Assembly: GCA_020891255.1 (NCBI GenBank)
Contig: BQFW01000002.1
Location: 310,001-374,000 of the forward strand
Origin: Entomortierella parvispora E1425
Taxonomy: Eukaryota > Fungi > Mortierellomycota
Direction: 5' to 3'
DNA length: 64,000 bases
The notes beneath the pieces were generated by a model. That model made no database searches and was not told where the DNA came from. It saw only the letters and a list, made by a program, of their open reading frames with translations. The position numbers were made by a program, and so were the translations under genes. Of the stretch, positions 35,983 through 48,893 are shown in pieces. Each line of letters opens with the position of its first letter. Position 1 is the stretch's first letter.

Positions 35983-38289
35983 CACTTTCAAAGAATCAAA
36001 GAAGCTGGTGAGGGAGGAGAGAAATGGGTGAGTGGCGCACGAGTCGAGGCAGACGGAAAAAGGACAAAGTAAATGAGAGGGAGAGAGAGAGGGTGTGTGT
36101 GTGAATGAGCGAGAGTGAATGAGAGTAGAGACGAGTCTGAAATGCTGGAAGAGATGGAGTGAGAGGGGAGAGTGGTTTGGAGTGAAGCAAGGAAGGAAAA
36201 ACAAGAAAAGAAGGAAGGAAGGAAAAGAAGAAAAAAAAAAAAAAAAAAAAAAAAAAAGGCGAATCCTCGGGCCAAGCTATGAATAACTCATCCGCTTGCT
36301 TTGCTGGATTCCCTCGATCGTCATGATGAAGATGGTGAAAGAGAATAACCTCTGTCATTACACCCTATCCACCCGTTGGGCCATGATCCTGACATACTGC
36401 ACCCGTGGATCGGGAACCCCTTCTCGCCCTCCTTCGCATTTCGCCACACGTCGCACAACCCCTTCCCTTTTTTACCCTTCGCTGTCCTGTCCTTCCCAAG
36501 CTGTGCTCTGCTCTCATTTTTCTCTTTGATCCTTTTAGTGCAGCACACAGAAATGAATGAATGAAGAGCACGACGATTAACCCTTTTTCTATGTATTTCT
36601 CCCGTCGAGAGATAAAGGGCGAGGGGAGAAGGGGCAGAGAAAGGTCGTTTGTTGGCCGCCCAAGAGTCCCTGCTGCTCATTTCTCTCCAACCACTGCACC
36701 TTTCTTCAAATCCTTTCTGGCTTCCCTGCGTTCCATCTCTCGGAATAGACTTGCTTTTTTTTTTTTTTTTTGGAGAAAAAGAATAAAGGGGACATACACT
36801 TCTCTTTCAGAGTAAAAAGCTCATTGATGGTTCGAAAAGCACATTCTGAATTGTTTGCCACCAAGAAGGTCCTCTCTTCAGCCCAAGAGTCGTGCCTGAG
36901 TGCATCAACGTTTACCCTTTTTCGCTGGTCTCACTCTTCTTTCTTCCTTTGGAACGAGGCTCGACCATTGAACAACAATGGCGTAATTGCAGGACAACAG
37001 AGGAGAAAAGGGGAGCAAAATGGTCCCGATTTGAGGGGAACACCAACGACTCGTCGTTGACTCGAGTGGGTGTAACGACAAGCGATGGACCGTGTGCTCT
37101 CATCCATCGGATTCCCCGATGGCCCTGTCAAGAAGGCAAAAAAGAGGAAGCGGATGATTGCGAGAGCCGTCTGTTTGAGTTTATTGCTTTTGAGATGGAT
37201 TGACACTCCTTCCTTCCACCAAAGAGTCTATCGCTGCTTGCCCCTGATCCAGCTGGTCTAGTCCCTTTTGCGAACGATAAAGCGAAGCGAAACCGACCGT
37301 TGGAAAGACTCATCCCGCTGAGCCCCGCTCAAAATTAATATTATTGTTAGCACGTTTGGGGACACCATCGCGACATTCCTCTGCATCCACCTGTCTGAAT
37401 AGATCCCTTTTCTAGAACAGAGGTCCCCCCTCTCTCCCCCTTTCCCTGCTCTTCGCTCTTGCTCGAAAACTACCCGGGTCGCAATGCACAGGGGCGCCAG
37501 TCACAGCAGTTTCCGCTAGTGCGGCACCACGTGTGTTTTTTTTCCCTTGTTTTGCAATTGAAAAAAACAATCCTGGGGAAGCATGCTACAAATAACAGGA
37601 TTCTAGCTTCTAGCACCATGGACCAAAAGTGCAATTGTTCTCACAATGTTGCACTATGTGCAATTATGACAACGTATGTACCTTCCCTCCATACTCTCAC
37701 ACTCACCCCAAGTTCCCAGCGATGGAACCATTTTGTCCTAGCTGGACAGGGACCCTGACGCTCCTTCGTCCTCATTTCCGAGAACCCAAAAGCGAGGCGT
37801 GTGAACAAATACCGGATTGCGCGCAGTCCACCTCTTGCTGCCCATGTTTTTTGCAAACTGAAGAAGGCTCCACAAATATAAAACTAAAACAGGAATAACA
37901 ATGACCAGGGACATGACCTAGGCTTTGCCCAAGAACAAAAAAAAAATCGTAATATCGCCGCTGCCCCCTTCAGCCACAGCGTTCTGTCTTTTTTGCCAAG
38001 ACAGCGTCAGTGGGGCAAGAGAGGCATTGGCGAGGTGATCAAATCGTCAAAAAGGGTTGAACCAAGTGACCTCGGCATGACATGTTTTGTTCCCTCTCTG
38101 CCACCCTTTTTATATATCTCTCGTCTATTTTTCATCTCTTCCTCCTTCTCTCTCTCTCTCTTTACCTCACACGCAACCCCTCTCCCTATTCTCTCACCCA
38201 AAGTCGGCCTTCTCAAGATCAAGACCAAGTTCAGGAACTAGTGCCTATTCTCATCTAGAAAAAAAAAGGATCAAAGAGCCACCCTCACA

Positions 38290-39580
38290 ATGGCCAGTCA
38301 AGCACACTACTACGGAAACGGCACGCCCCTGAACAGGGTCAGCCCTCCATACCAACCTGAGCATACTTACCAGCCCCAGCAGCGGCCGCAGCATCAAGCA
38401 CCGGCACCGTACCAGCAATACAACCACCGAAACATGTACCAACCATCGTCACCCCGCGAACAACAATACCAACAACAGCAATATCAACAATATCAAAACG
38501 CTCTTCAGCAGCAACAACAACAATATAGACAACAATCCACAGGAGGACAGTACCAGCAATCTGTAGCCGCCATCCAGAGTTCTCTAAAGGATTGGTTTGA
38601 TGCCGTCGATACAGATGGCTCTGGATCATTGTCGTGTGAGGAATTACAGAGGGCCTTGATGAATGGTAAGCACTACCCAGAAAAAAAAAAGGAACAAGGT
38701 GCCATCCAGGATTTTGGATTACGTGTCTTGGGCCCACAAAAAAAAAAAATCTAGAAATAGCATCGGAGAGAACTGGCGCGTCATGGTGTCAACTGTCGTG
38801 AATTGAAACACAAAAACGGCGTCGATCATGATCTACTGTGTATTGACAATGGCTTCCACACTGGCCCTTCTTCTTTTTTGACCGTGTGTTTTAGGTGACT
38901 GGACGCCCTTCAATGGTAAGCAAACGACAAAAATAACTCGCGGCGCCCCTGCGATCTTGTTCAAAGTCCCCCCCTGCCTCATGCATGCACCCATGCACCT
39001 CCTCCTAACCCTCCCGTTTTCCGTTTCTTTTTTTTTTCCCTCGATCTGCTCTTAATTTGCTTTTTTAACATGGATCGCCCATAGTGGAGACGGTTCGCTT
39101 GATGATGAATATGTTTGATCGAGACAATGACGGGACCATCTCTTTCAATGAGTTTATTGGTCTTTGGAACTACATTGAGAAATGGAAGGCCTGCTTCCAG
39201 ACATTTGATCTGGACGGCTCTGGGACCATCGACACCATGGAATTGCACAAGGCGCTTCGAGGATTCGGTTACAATCTGAGCGAGCAGACCGTGTCACTGA
39301 TCGTCACCAAGTACGATGTTCGGGGTCAGGGTGATATCAGTTTTGACAACTTTGTTCAGTCCTGTGTTACGGTACAGACCTTGACAGATTCATTTCGAAG
39401 ACTGGATCACCAGAACACCGGTGTTGTAACAATGACATATGAACAGGTAATGCAAAGGTCCCGAGAAGAAGGATCGCTGCCTTCTTTAGTCTTGTACCCC
39501 ACCCTTTTCTAACGATCGATGACATCTCTTTCTTCAATTTTCTTTTGTAGTTCCTGGGACTGGTCATCAACAACCGGTAA
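38290..39580 (+). CDS. PEF1: Penta-EF-hand protein (Pef1/ALG-2/peflin family)
   Basis: Exons 38290-38665, 38895-38915 (21 nt), 39085-39446, 39551-39580. Y/Q/P-rich N-terminus; EF loops DTDGSGSLSCEE, DRDNDGTISFNE, DLDGSGTIDTME, ISFDNFVQSCV. Confidence 0.92.
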
Positions 39581-39644
39581 AAATGGACCATAGGTCGAAT
39601 AGGTGTTTTTAATAAACTCACTCTAGAATTTTGAACCTGAACAT

Positions 39645-39842
39645 CTACAAACGTGCCGTCTCTACAACTTGGAGAGGGAACTCCTCCTTTTCAGCTTCTT
39701 GGGTCATCTTGAGAGCCTCGAAAGCAGTTCCCCAACTGGACTGATAGCCTGCACCGCCATGACCATAGTTGTGGACAATCAACACGGGCTCTCCACATCC
39801 AGTACCTACAAATGTCGGAGACAATCTCTCATTAGAAATTTC

Positions 39843-39878
<36 letters not shown>

Positions 39879-41460
39879 GCTCCAGTGACCTCAAGATGGT
39901 AGCTGCGCAGAAGAAGGGATGAGTAGAAAGAAAAAAGAACAGGGAGAAACTTACGTCCATGTTCGACCTCGACACGCACACCTCCCGTTCGAGAGGGTCT
40001 AAAGCCGACTTTTTGATCCACAATGTCAAATTTCGACAAGAGGTCGTCATTGGCAGCGTAAGCTGCCGTCGATCCTGGCGTGAGAATCTTTGGATATCTT
40101 TTCAGAATGGTACGAAGGATATGACTCGTCTTTGTCCCACTCGCTGCGTCATTGCTACATGAATTGATAAAAATAAAACAAGACATAAAAAAAATCAGAA
40201 AAGGCCAGAGTCCATGCAAGGATCCTCGCTGCAGGATCAAAAAAGAACTTACTTTTGATACGCCTCATGAGAACCTCCGAGGACGACCTCTCCATTGGTT
40301 CTTGGGATCACATACATGATGGATCCATCCTTGGCTACAATGTGCCAGATCAATGGGATGTTAATCTTTTGCTCCCCTCCCTTTTTTTTTTTTTTTTTTT
40401 TTTTTGGCTCAAAATACATGGGAATCCAAACTTACAGATCCATGTCACCGTCTCGTGGATCCAGGCAGCGCGCACGACGACAGTCTGTCCTCTGGTCTGG
40501 TAGCATCTCATATCCTGGACGCCACCCAAATATCTGGCCTGGAATCCTGTGCAATTGATAATGATTTTGACGGGCGTGTGCTTGGTGCCTACCCACAGTG
40601 CTGCCTCGGCCACATGAGACAACTGTCGATGCTGAATATGACCGCCCTCAGCCCTGAAACGATGCAACAAAAAGGCAAGGTAAATAGACGGATGGATTAC
40701 AGGAGTCTTGTACGAGTACGCGATCGGGAATTCATTGGTCGAGGGAATTTGCTTGAACTAGTAAAAAAAAAAAAAATAGACATATAATCGATGAGTCATC
40801 ATTGCTCCTTCAGCAAAGATCAATTGAACAGCCTCCTCGGACTGGAAAAGAGCTTCTTTACATCGTCGACAATAGCAGACCACCATGGCACACGATCACT
40901 ATGACCCGTGGGGTTGTAATCAAAGTAATCGATTGCATCCCGAATCCTGATTCCCGAATGAGGATCCTTTGCCAATTCCTTGAATGTTCTGTATGACAGA
41001 GTATCGAATTCTACATGTCCACAAACAAAATGAACTGGTCAGATATGCCTATGCCATTGAGCTGAAGAATATATCACTATTATGTCAAGAGCAACATCAA
41101 TGTTGGAAAAACCTTTTGCCCGCTGATCGTCCTCGTCGCACATGGATCTCCAGTGAGCGCCTGCTTTGGGAGAGGCATAGTCGGGATGAGGCTCGTCTCT
41201 GGGAAAGTCGGCAGAAATAACAGTTACATCTGTGTAAGGACAGAACCCCCCAAATGACGAGCATGCTGTTAGTGGGATGGGAAGAAATAACCAAAGCCTG
41301 TGGAGAAGAAACTCCTCCTCTTCCTCGGGTTGGCGGAGTTGTGGAGGCGCTTCACGGTACCATAGCCGTTGCACTGGAAAAGTAGTGCGGTGGTAAGTCC
41401 AACGACTCCTGCGCCGATGACGACGACCAGGGGTCTCTCGTGCTTGTCGTGGGAAGACAT
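39645..41460 (-). CDS. DAO1: D-amino-acid oxidase family flavoenzyme with C-terminal PTS1 (ARL), 7 exons
   Basis: Exons 41460-41361, 41229-41113, 41010-40862, 40757-40436, 40334-40253, 40154-39955, 39805-39645. GAGVVG, YASPKAGAHW, INCTG, TRGQTVVV, YVIPR, VGFRPSR, VHNYGHGGAGYQSSWG; ends ETARL-stop. Confidence 0.92.
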
Positions 41461-42192
41461 TCAGATGTGGTCGATGATGGAATTAAAAAAAAAAGTCTGA
41501 ATGAAGCAAACCAAAGACACAGCATGCAACTTTTTTTCTTTCCCGCCCTCTCGCATCGTTCCGCAAAACCCAACGGTCGAGTGGTCGAGTGCACGTGACC
41601 ATTTCAATGAACGATGAGTCCCACTCCCACCCACGGAAAGGGGCTGTGCGCGCGGAAACGGGCCTACAGTACTCGGACGGACGAGGGCTCGCGTGCAGAA
41701 GAGGAGAAGGACACCCAGGAAAAATCAAGGCGAGGCTGGAAGAGGGGGAAAAAAAAAAAGTGGGTCAGCCGTTGTCGGTCGTGCCAAAGAGTGGGAACAT
41801 CGGCCACATCCATCCATGCGCACTGCTCTGCTCTGCTCTCCTCACTCACTCACCCAACCCCTACCTTCCTCATCCTTCCTCTTCGTTCCTCATCGTCGTT
41901 CATCGTCAAGAAGGATGCATTCTGGAATCTACCTGCAGGCACACGTGCAGAGAACTACCCATTGACCAGTCCTTGCCTTGCCTTTTGCTCATCCCCATCT
42001 TTCCTCATCTCTTCGTCTCGCTTCGTCTCTCTTCGTCTCGTGGCGCATCGTGTCGCCTAGTCGTCTTCTTCTTTGCCCCACCTCTCCCACCCTCCTTTCT
42101 TATTTCTCGTTCCCCACACTTTTCCCTACGATTTGCTCTTTTGTCGCGAGAAAGAAAAACAACGTCCTTCCATTCCTCTCCTCTCTATCCAT

Positions 42193-43344
42193 ATGACCAC
42201 GATCGATGTCCTCCCTGCAGAAATCCTAGCCGACATCTTTCTGCACGACGGCCTCTCTGACATTGCACGTCAGGTCTGCCAACGCTGGCGAGGGATCGCC
42301 CTTCCACTCTGGCTGCGACGCCTCTGTCTCCGTCCTAGCGACCCCTTCAAGGACAGAGGCATGCTGCAATACCTTCAATCCCTCTCTGATCACGACAGAC
42401 TCTATATTCGCGCTTTGGACATCACTTCCCACAGAGACTTTGATTCCACCAGCAACAATATCGTCTACACCGATATCGCCGACGCGGCCTGTGTCCACAA
42501 TGTTCTCTTGATCCAGTCTCTTCTCGGCACTCGCATCTCAGATCTCGCTTTGACCGATACTGGATGGGCGCCCGAGAGTTTGATCGATATCGTCCAAATG
42601 TCCCTGATGACGACGAACCATCTCCAGCAATTTCAAATGTCACTCTTCAAAGTCGAGTCTTTTCTTCTCTCAGATCTCATGGACTCGTTGACTCGATTGT
42701 ATCGGAGGGATCAAGGTAGCTTGAAATCCTTGGTCTTGGATCTTGCCCAACCTCTCCCAGCAGATCAGTGGCAAGCCATCGCTGGTTGCACAGAGCTCCA
42801 GGATTTTCATTTAGGATTGTATCGATCCTCTGAACCGATCTTGACCGATATCTTGGTCCGGATTCTTCCACAGTGGTCCTCTCTTTCGTCCCTCTACCTC
42901 TGTCAACCTCGCGCTCTCACCGCGGGCACGGTGCGATCGCTCTACAAGGATTTACCAAGACCAGAGGGACTTCATGAGTTGCATCTCATCTTTGAAGCCT
43001 GTCAGGCTAATCTGTACGAGGACGAGTTTCTGAAAATGATACGGGCCATGCCCAACCTGTGGACGTTAGAGGCCCACCTGGATTGGACAGATCAGATGAT
43101 GCACCAGGTGGCGACGACGCTGAAGGATCTACGGCGATTGTCGATCACGTGCTCAAGTGCCGAGTTTACGTGCTGTGGGATCCGCGAGGTGGCATGGGGT
43201 CAAGGGTTGGAAAAAATCAATATGAGAACGTCCGGCAAGATCTGGAGGGGTTTCCTGGATGCGATACGGAGACGGTCTCGGAGGGTCAGGATCTTGGTCT
43301 ATGGGTCTATGAAGTGGGGCGGGTCTGTGGACGAGTGGGAGTAA
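42193..43344 (+). CDS. F-box / RNI-like LRR protein, single exon, 383 aa
   Basis: N-terminal F-box-like motif IDVLPAEILADIF...RQVCQRW followed by leucine-rich RNI-like repeats. Confidence 0.75.
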   Translation: MTTIDVLPAEILADIFLHDGLSDIARQVCQRWRGIALPLWLRRLCLRPSDPFKDRGMLQYLQSLSDHDRLYIRALDITSHRDFDSTSNNIVYTDIADAACVHNVLLIQSLLGTRISDLALTDTGWAPESLIDIVQMSLMTTNHLQQFQMSLFKVESFLLSDLMDSLTRLYRRDQGSLKSLVLDLAQPLPADQWQAIAGCTELQDFHLGLYRSSEPILTDILVRILPQWSSLSSLYLCQPRALTAGTVRSLYKDLPRPEGLHELHLIFEACQANLYEDEFLKMIRAMPNLWTLEAHLDWTDQMMHQVATTLKDLRRLSITCSSAEFTCCGIREVAWGQGLEKINMRTSGKIWRGFLDAIRRRSRRVRILVYGSMKWGGSVDEWE

Positions 43345-43870
43345 GCTGATAGATTAGATACACGCAAAAAGAAAAAAAAAATGTATCCCTTCTTTCATTC
43401 CATTTAACATGTTGTTTTCATGTATCAACATTGTCGTTGCTTCCACCCGACAGAGAGGTAAACGGCTGAATTCTTATTGCGATTTCATTGGTAAAGAGTC
43501 TAACAAAACGAGGGTACCCATACATCCCAGCTGCTTGAGGTCCCAGTGAAGAGTACGAACATGCAAAAGTGGACACAAACACGGTCTGGCTTGGAAAATG
43601 GTGGTTGCACTGCAGGAAGAAAGAAATTGAGGTGTGCACTGGAAAGGACACAGAGAGCTGCTGGCGTCTGAGAGCATCGATTGTCGCTCTCCTTTGGCAC
43701 GAGGAGGAAAAGAAAGAAGGAAAGGACCGTTGAGAAGTTCCCTTGCAGCAACGGTAGCGGTAATACTCTTTCAGCATTATAAAGACCAGGAGACGGACGA
43801 CCTTCTTTTTTTCTTCTCTTTTTCTTTCTTTGACCTCCACCCTCATTTCCTCCTCGTCCCCACTCTGAAG

Positions 43871-46282
43871 ATGTCCCTTCTTCACATTGTGTCGTTTGCC
43901 AAGCAAGGTCTTGCTCGCTATCTTAGCAGAGTAGACACCACACTCCTCGAGAACCTGATGTTCGGACTTTTGCTCTTCGTGCTATTCCTGGTCATCAAGT
44001 ACCCCAATCGAGCCATTGGATGCCGTTCTCGTCCAGATCTGAAAGGTCCTCGGGAATGGCCTGTCCTCGGATATTTGCCAATTGCCATGTGCGAGTCTGG
44101 CCAGCAGTCCCTCGACAACCTGCTCAAGATGTTTGAGAAATACGACAATGTCTTCACCATTACCATTCCAGGTTTTACCCGTGTTGTGTTTGTGAACAGC
44201 GTAGAGGCCGTTGAGCATGTCTACAAGAGTAAGAAGAGATCTTCCAAAGTCATTTTTGTTCATTTTCTGTTGCTTTGACCTCCCGTTTCTGTTTTGCCCA
44301 AGATTTTAATCTTTTTATGGTTTGGGATGATCGCTGGGCGGCCTTTTAGCAAAGTTCAGCTCATATGAAAAGGGAGAGATGGTCCGCAACAACCTCAGAG
44401 ACATCTTTGGGGATGGTATCTTCTTGGCCGACCATGAATCCTGGCGATTCCACCGCAAGACCGCTGTCAACATCTTTACGACAAGACTCTACCGTCAACT
44501 CTCCCAGGGAGCCTTCAAAGATTCTGCCGTTCAGCTCTGTGGAATCTTTGACAGGTTCTCGGCCAGAGGCAAGCCTGTGGATCTCCAACAGTTTTTCCTG
44601 AGACTGACCATGGACGTGTTTGGGCACATGACCTTTGGAGTCGATTTTAAAGCGCTCTCTGCCTGTGAAGAGAGGAGTGAGTTTGGAGATGCCTTTGATT
44701 ATTTGACCTCGTCGATTGATAACCGATCTTCCAACCCCTTCTGGCGTTGGACGGATCAATTCGTGCCTGGCAGGACCCAAGACTTGAAGAACGCCCTCGG
44801 GACCATCAACCGATACGCCTACTCGGCCATTGGTGCCCGCAGGAATGAAATCTCGGCCAAAGCTGCCCGAGCTGAGGACGAAACGGGCCAGGACCAACAA
44901 CAAGAGAGCCGACCCCACGATCTCTTGGACCAATTCATCACGCACGTCCGCGACGATGGCTCGATGCTCACGGATCTTGAGCTCCGGGATGTGTTTGTCA
45001 ACTTTATGATGTAGGTGTGAATATTGTTGAATTGGCGTCCGTTGGTTCTTGTCTGTTGTCAAGTTGGCCCATTATGTTTCTTTTTTACCGTTGGAGATGC
45101 AGCATGCACCTCATTTTTTTTTTTTTTTGCTGTGTGTTCCATGCTTAATTTTTCTTCCTTCTTGAGCGCTTTTTTTTGTTGGAGACTATTGGAGCTCAGA
45201 GCACAGAGGAGGGACAATCGATGAAGGGGAGTACGAGTGTGTGACAAAATGAGCGGCGGGCATGGGTTGGTCGACCTTTTTTTGTTTCGCTGGGAACCCA
45301 ACGGAAAAGCGACCGTTAGACTGAGAGCCTAGATACGCTGGCTCAACCTGGGTACGCTTCCTTGTGTACTTGTACCCATTACTGACTTCGTGTCCATCCC
45401 TCTCTCTCTTTTTTCTTTTTCTTTTGCATATTTATTTTCAATGTCAGTGCCGGACGTGACACGACAGCTTTGACATTGAGCTGGATGTTTTACCATGTTA
45501 TCGCCGACAATCGTATCTTGAAGAACGCCCTCCGGGAGATTGACGCTGTCCTTGGGTCCAACGCTGAAGTGGCCGCCTCTGGGGTGGAGAGAAAGTACCT
45601 CTACGAGACCATGATGAATGAACTGCCGTACATGAAGGCCATCTTCCACGAAACGCTGCGATTGTACCCTCAAGTGCCCAAGAACGGAAAATTTGCGATG
45701 GAGGATGATGTCTTGCCAGATGGCACCGTGATTGACAAGGGAGACATGGTCTCGCACAGCGACTACTGCATGGGTAGAAACCGTGCTATCTGGGGAGAGG
45801 ATGCCGAGGTGTTTTCGCCAGAGCGTTGGTTGATTGATGTCAAAGACACACGGGACAGTGTCAACGGCATCCCAAAGAGTCCGTTTGGAAAAATCAAGGT
45901 CGAGAGTCCACACAAGTTTCACTCGTTCAACTCTGGTCCCAGATTGTGCCTGGTAAGAATACAAGAGCTACCATCGGGAAGAAAAAAAGTCCCTTTGTTG
46001 TCTGTGCATGGTGAGCATGCCTCTTTTTAGCTGTTAAACTTGTACTGACTCCACCTTGTCTTTCTTCTCCCACAGGGTCAAACATTTGCGACTGTGGAGG
46101 CCATGGTCACGAGCTGTATCATCATCCAGAACTATGATCTCAAACTTGTGCCTAACCGTCCAAAGCCCGAGGTCAGACCGTCGGTCGTTTCGCCCATGCT
46201 GCGCCCATTGTTGGTGTACGCGACCAAGAAAAGCGACTCTCCCTTGCCCACGGCGCCCCACTCCAACGCGGTCGCTCTCTGA
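43871..46282 (+). CDS. Cytochrome P450 (CYP86/CYP704/CYP52-like, probable fatty-acid hydroxylase type), copy 1, 4 exons
   Basis: Exons 43871-44228, 44350-45010, 45448-45952, 46076-46282. WRFHRK, I-helix IAGRDTTA, ETLR, FSPERW, heme motif FNSGPRLCLG. Confidence 0.92.
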
Positions 46283-47056
46283 TCTGTTGATCCCGATATT
46301 CATTCTTCATTCTTCATTGTTTTTTTACTCCCCTGTCATAACTTGAACATATAACTCATATGTTATAAACCAATTGTATTATCCACCAAAGGAACATGTC
46401 TCCAAGTGATTCTGAAAATGTGTTGAAGCCACCACGTAAAAGTCCGGTGGTCTGGGCGGGATCGACTGAAAAAAAGAAAAAAATTACGGGTTTGCACCTT
46501 CTCGGCGCCGAAAGCGTGGCGAGAAGATGAGAGCTCATGTGTGCATACTAGGAGAGAGAGAGAGAGAGTAACGCTATCCACCGTGATCCCCCAGTTGCGG
46601 CACACAAAGCAGCCATCCTCCCAAGCGAACCGAAGGTGATCAGCGCCTATCAACAAAGACGCAAACAATCGACAAGCAAATCAAGTCGCCTAGATGGCCA
46701 GCCGCATGTCCCTCACTGTCTCCCCCCGCCCTTTTACGTCTCAATCTGCCGGGGACTCGAGGGGGAGCGAAGCGAGAAGGACCGCCACCCACGGCACAGA
46801 GCCGTGCAATCGAAGACACTGACAAGAACCGCACGCACGCAGAGAGACAGACAGACAAACAAACGTGCTCGTGTTCCGAAATAAATATCTCGGCTTGAGG
46901 TCTCCCGATTTCGTCTCTTTTTTCTTCTCCCCCCAAACGCACTTCCACCCGCCCTTCGGTCAGGACCAAGAGACAAAACTTAGGAACGACCCTCAACCTT
47001 GCAGGATCTTCAACGAAAGCCAGACTCTGTCTTTCTTCTATACAGTCTCACACAAG

Positions 47057-47445
47057 ATGGCAATACTTAATACAATGACGTTGGTGGGCCTGTGGAGATT
47101 CATCGAGAAACAGGTTCGCAAAGGCAAACGTTCTCCTTTCGAGTACGTTGTACTGGCCACGATCGCTGTCTTGGTGGGAGCAATCCTCAAGTACCCCAAC
47201 AGAGCCATTTTCACCCGTTCGCGCCCAGACCTGAAGGACAAGACGGCGAGTGCGCTCCCGATTGTCGGCAATATGGCGCAGATGTTACGCAACAGCAGTG
47301 ATTCTTTGGGTTCGATGGACAAGGCTTTCAAGCACTTTGGGACGTACTTTTCCCTCTCGGTTCCGATCTTTGGACGCATGATTGCAGTAAATACACCAGA
47401 GCACTACGAGCACATCATGAAGAGTATGTTTTACTATGCCCCCTT

Positions 47446-47476
<31 letters not shown>

Positions 47477-48893
47477 GGCTTTATTCAAGTTTTTTCGGGT
47501 CTGACCCCATTTTTTTTTTGTTTTACCACCAGCCAACTTCAACAACTATATCAAAGGCAGGCTCCTCCGAGAAAATCTCGAGGACATTCTTGGCGGTGGT
47601 ATCTTTGTTGCAGACCAAGATGCATGGCGTTTCCATCGCAAGACAGCCGCCAACATTTTTACCACAAAACTCTACCGCCAATTGGTCGAGGGGGCCTTCC
47701 ATGACTCGGGCCTGGACCTCTGTTCAGTTTTGGATCGGTATCGAGTGACCAACAAGCCCATTGATTTGCAGGCCAACTTTTTGAAGCTGACATTGGATGC
47801 CTTTGGAAAACTGACGTTCGGATTGGAGTTTGAGGCCTTGAAAAATGATGGGCCGAACGAGTTTGGTGACGCGTTTGATTATTTGACGACCATGGTCGAT
47901 GGCAGAGTTTCGAATCCGTTCTGGTTCATCACGGACAAACTCGTGCCTGGCAAGGTCAGAAAAATCAAGGAGGCCATTGGCACCCTGGACAAGTTTGCAG
48001 CCCAGGCCGTGAAGAAGAGAAGGGAGGAGACTGAGGAAGAGAAGGAAGCTCGCCCCAGAGACTTGTTGGATCATTTCATCAACCATGTCGCTGACGATGG
48101 CACCATGTTGACAGATGTGGAGCTTCGAGACGTTTTTGTCAACTTTATGATGTGAGTTGCTTGCCACGGTGCCATAGTCTCGTTCTTGATTTGCAGTCCA
48201 CTTCAAAACCAAGGAATCTGACTATTGCCCTTCTTTTTTTTTTGTGCCCCTGTTTCAATCAGCGCCGGACGCGACACAACTGCGCAGGCTCTGACCTGGC
48301 AGTTCTTCTCGCTGATGTCCAACCCACGTGTGATGCACAACCTGGTCCGTGAGATCGACATTGTCCTGCAGGGCAATCGCACCTACACGTACGAGGTCAT
48401 GATGCAGGACCTTCCTTACCTTAAGGCCGTCTTCCATGAAACCCTGCGCTTATACCCACCAGTTCCCAAAAACTTTAAGCAGGCCGTTGACCATGATGTC
48501 CTCCCGGGAGGCACCCGTGTCTACCCTGGAGACATGATTGCCATCTCGCCCTGGTGCATGGCCCGCAATCAAGATGTCTGGGGTGTGGATGCAGAGCTGT
48601 TTGTACCCGAGCGTTGGCTCGACACGTCGGTGGAGCCATCGACAAGGGAGAACGCGAGTCCTTTCGGCAAGTTCAGAGTTGAGAGTCCCTTCAAGTTCCC
48701 AACGTTCAATGCGGGGCCAAGATTGTGCTTGGGCCAGACGTTTGCCACGTTGGAGGCATTCGTGACGACTTGCATGTTGCTGCAGCGGTTTAATTTCAAG
48801 TTTGCGCCAGGTCACCATGGTCCAGAGTACAAAGGATCGGTTACCTTGCCCATGGCGTTCCCCCTGCTCGCTATCTTGACAGTCAGAGACTGA
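47057..48893 (+). CDS. Cytochrome P450, tandem paralog, copy 2, 3 exons
   Basis: Exons 47057-47423, 47533-48151, 48263-48893. WRFHRK, IAGRDTTA, ETLR, FVPERW, FNAGPRLCLG. Confidence 0.92.

Noticed and set aside
36323-36391. Box C (ATGATGA) ... box D (CTGA) arrangement resembling a C/D snoRNA
   Set aside because: No convincing terminal stem or C'/D' boxes, and only weak, gapped resemblance to an rRNA complement; likely chance. A snoscan or Infernal run would settle it.
40862-40900. Apparent frameshift in DAO exon 3
   Set aside because: My misreading; the frame is continuous (SDRVPWWSAIVDD).
39645-48893. DAO + F-box + two P450s as a metabolic gene cluster
   Set aside because: No backbone synthase, dedicated transporter or cluster regulator; adjacency alone is not evidence.
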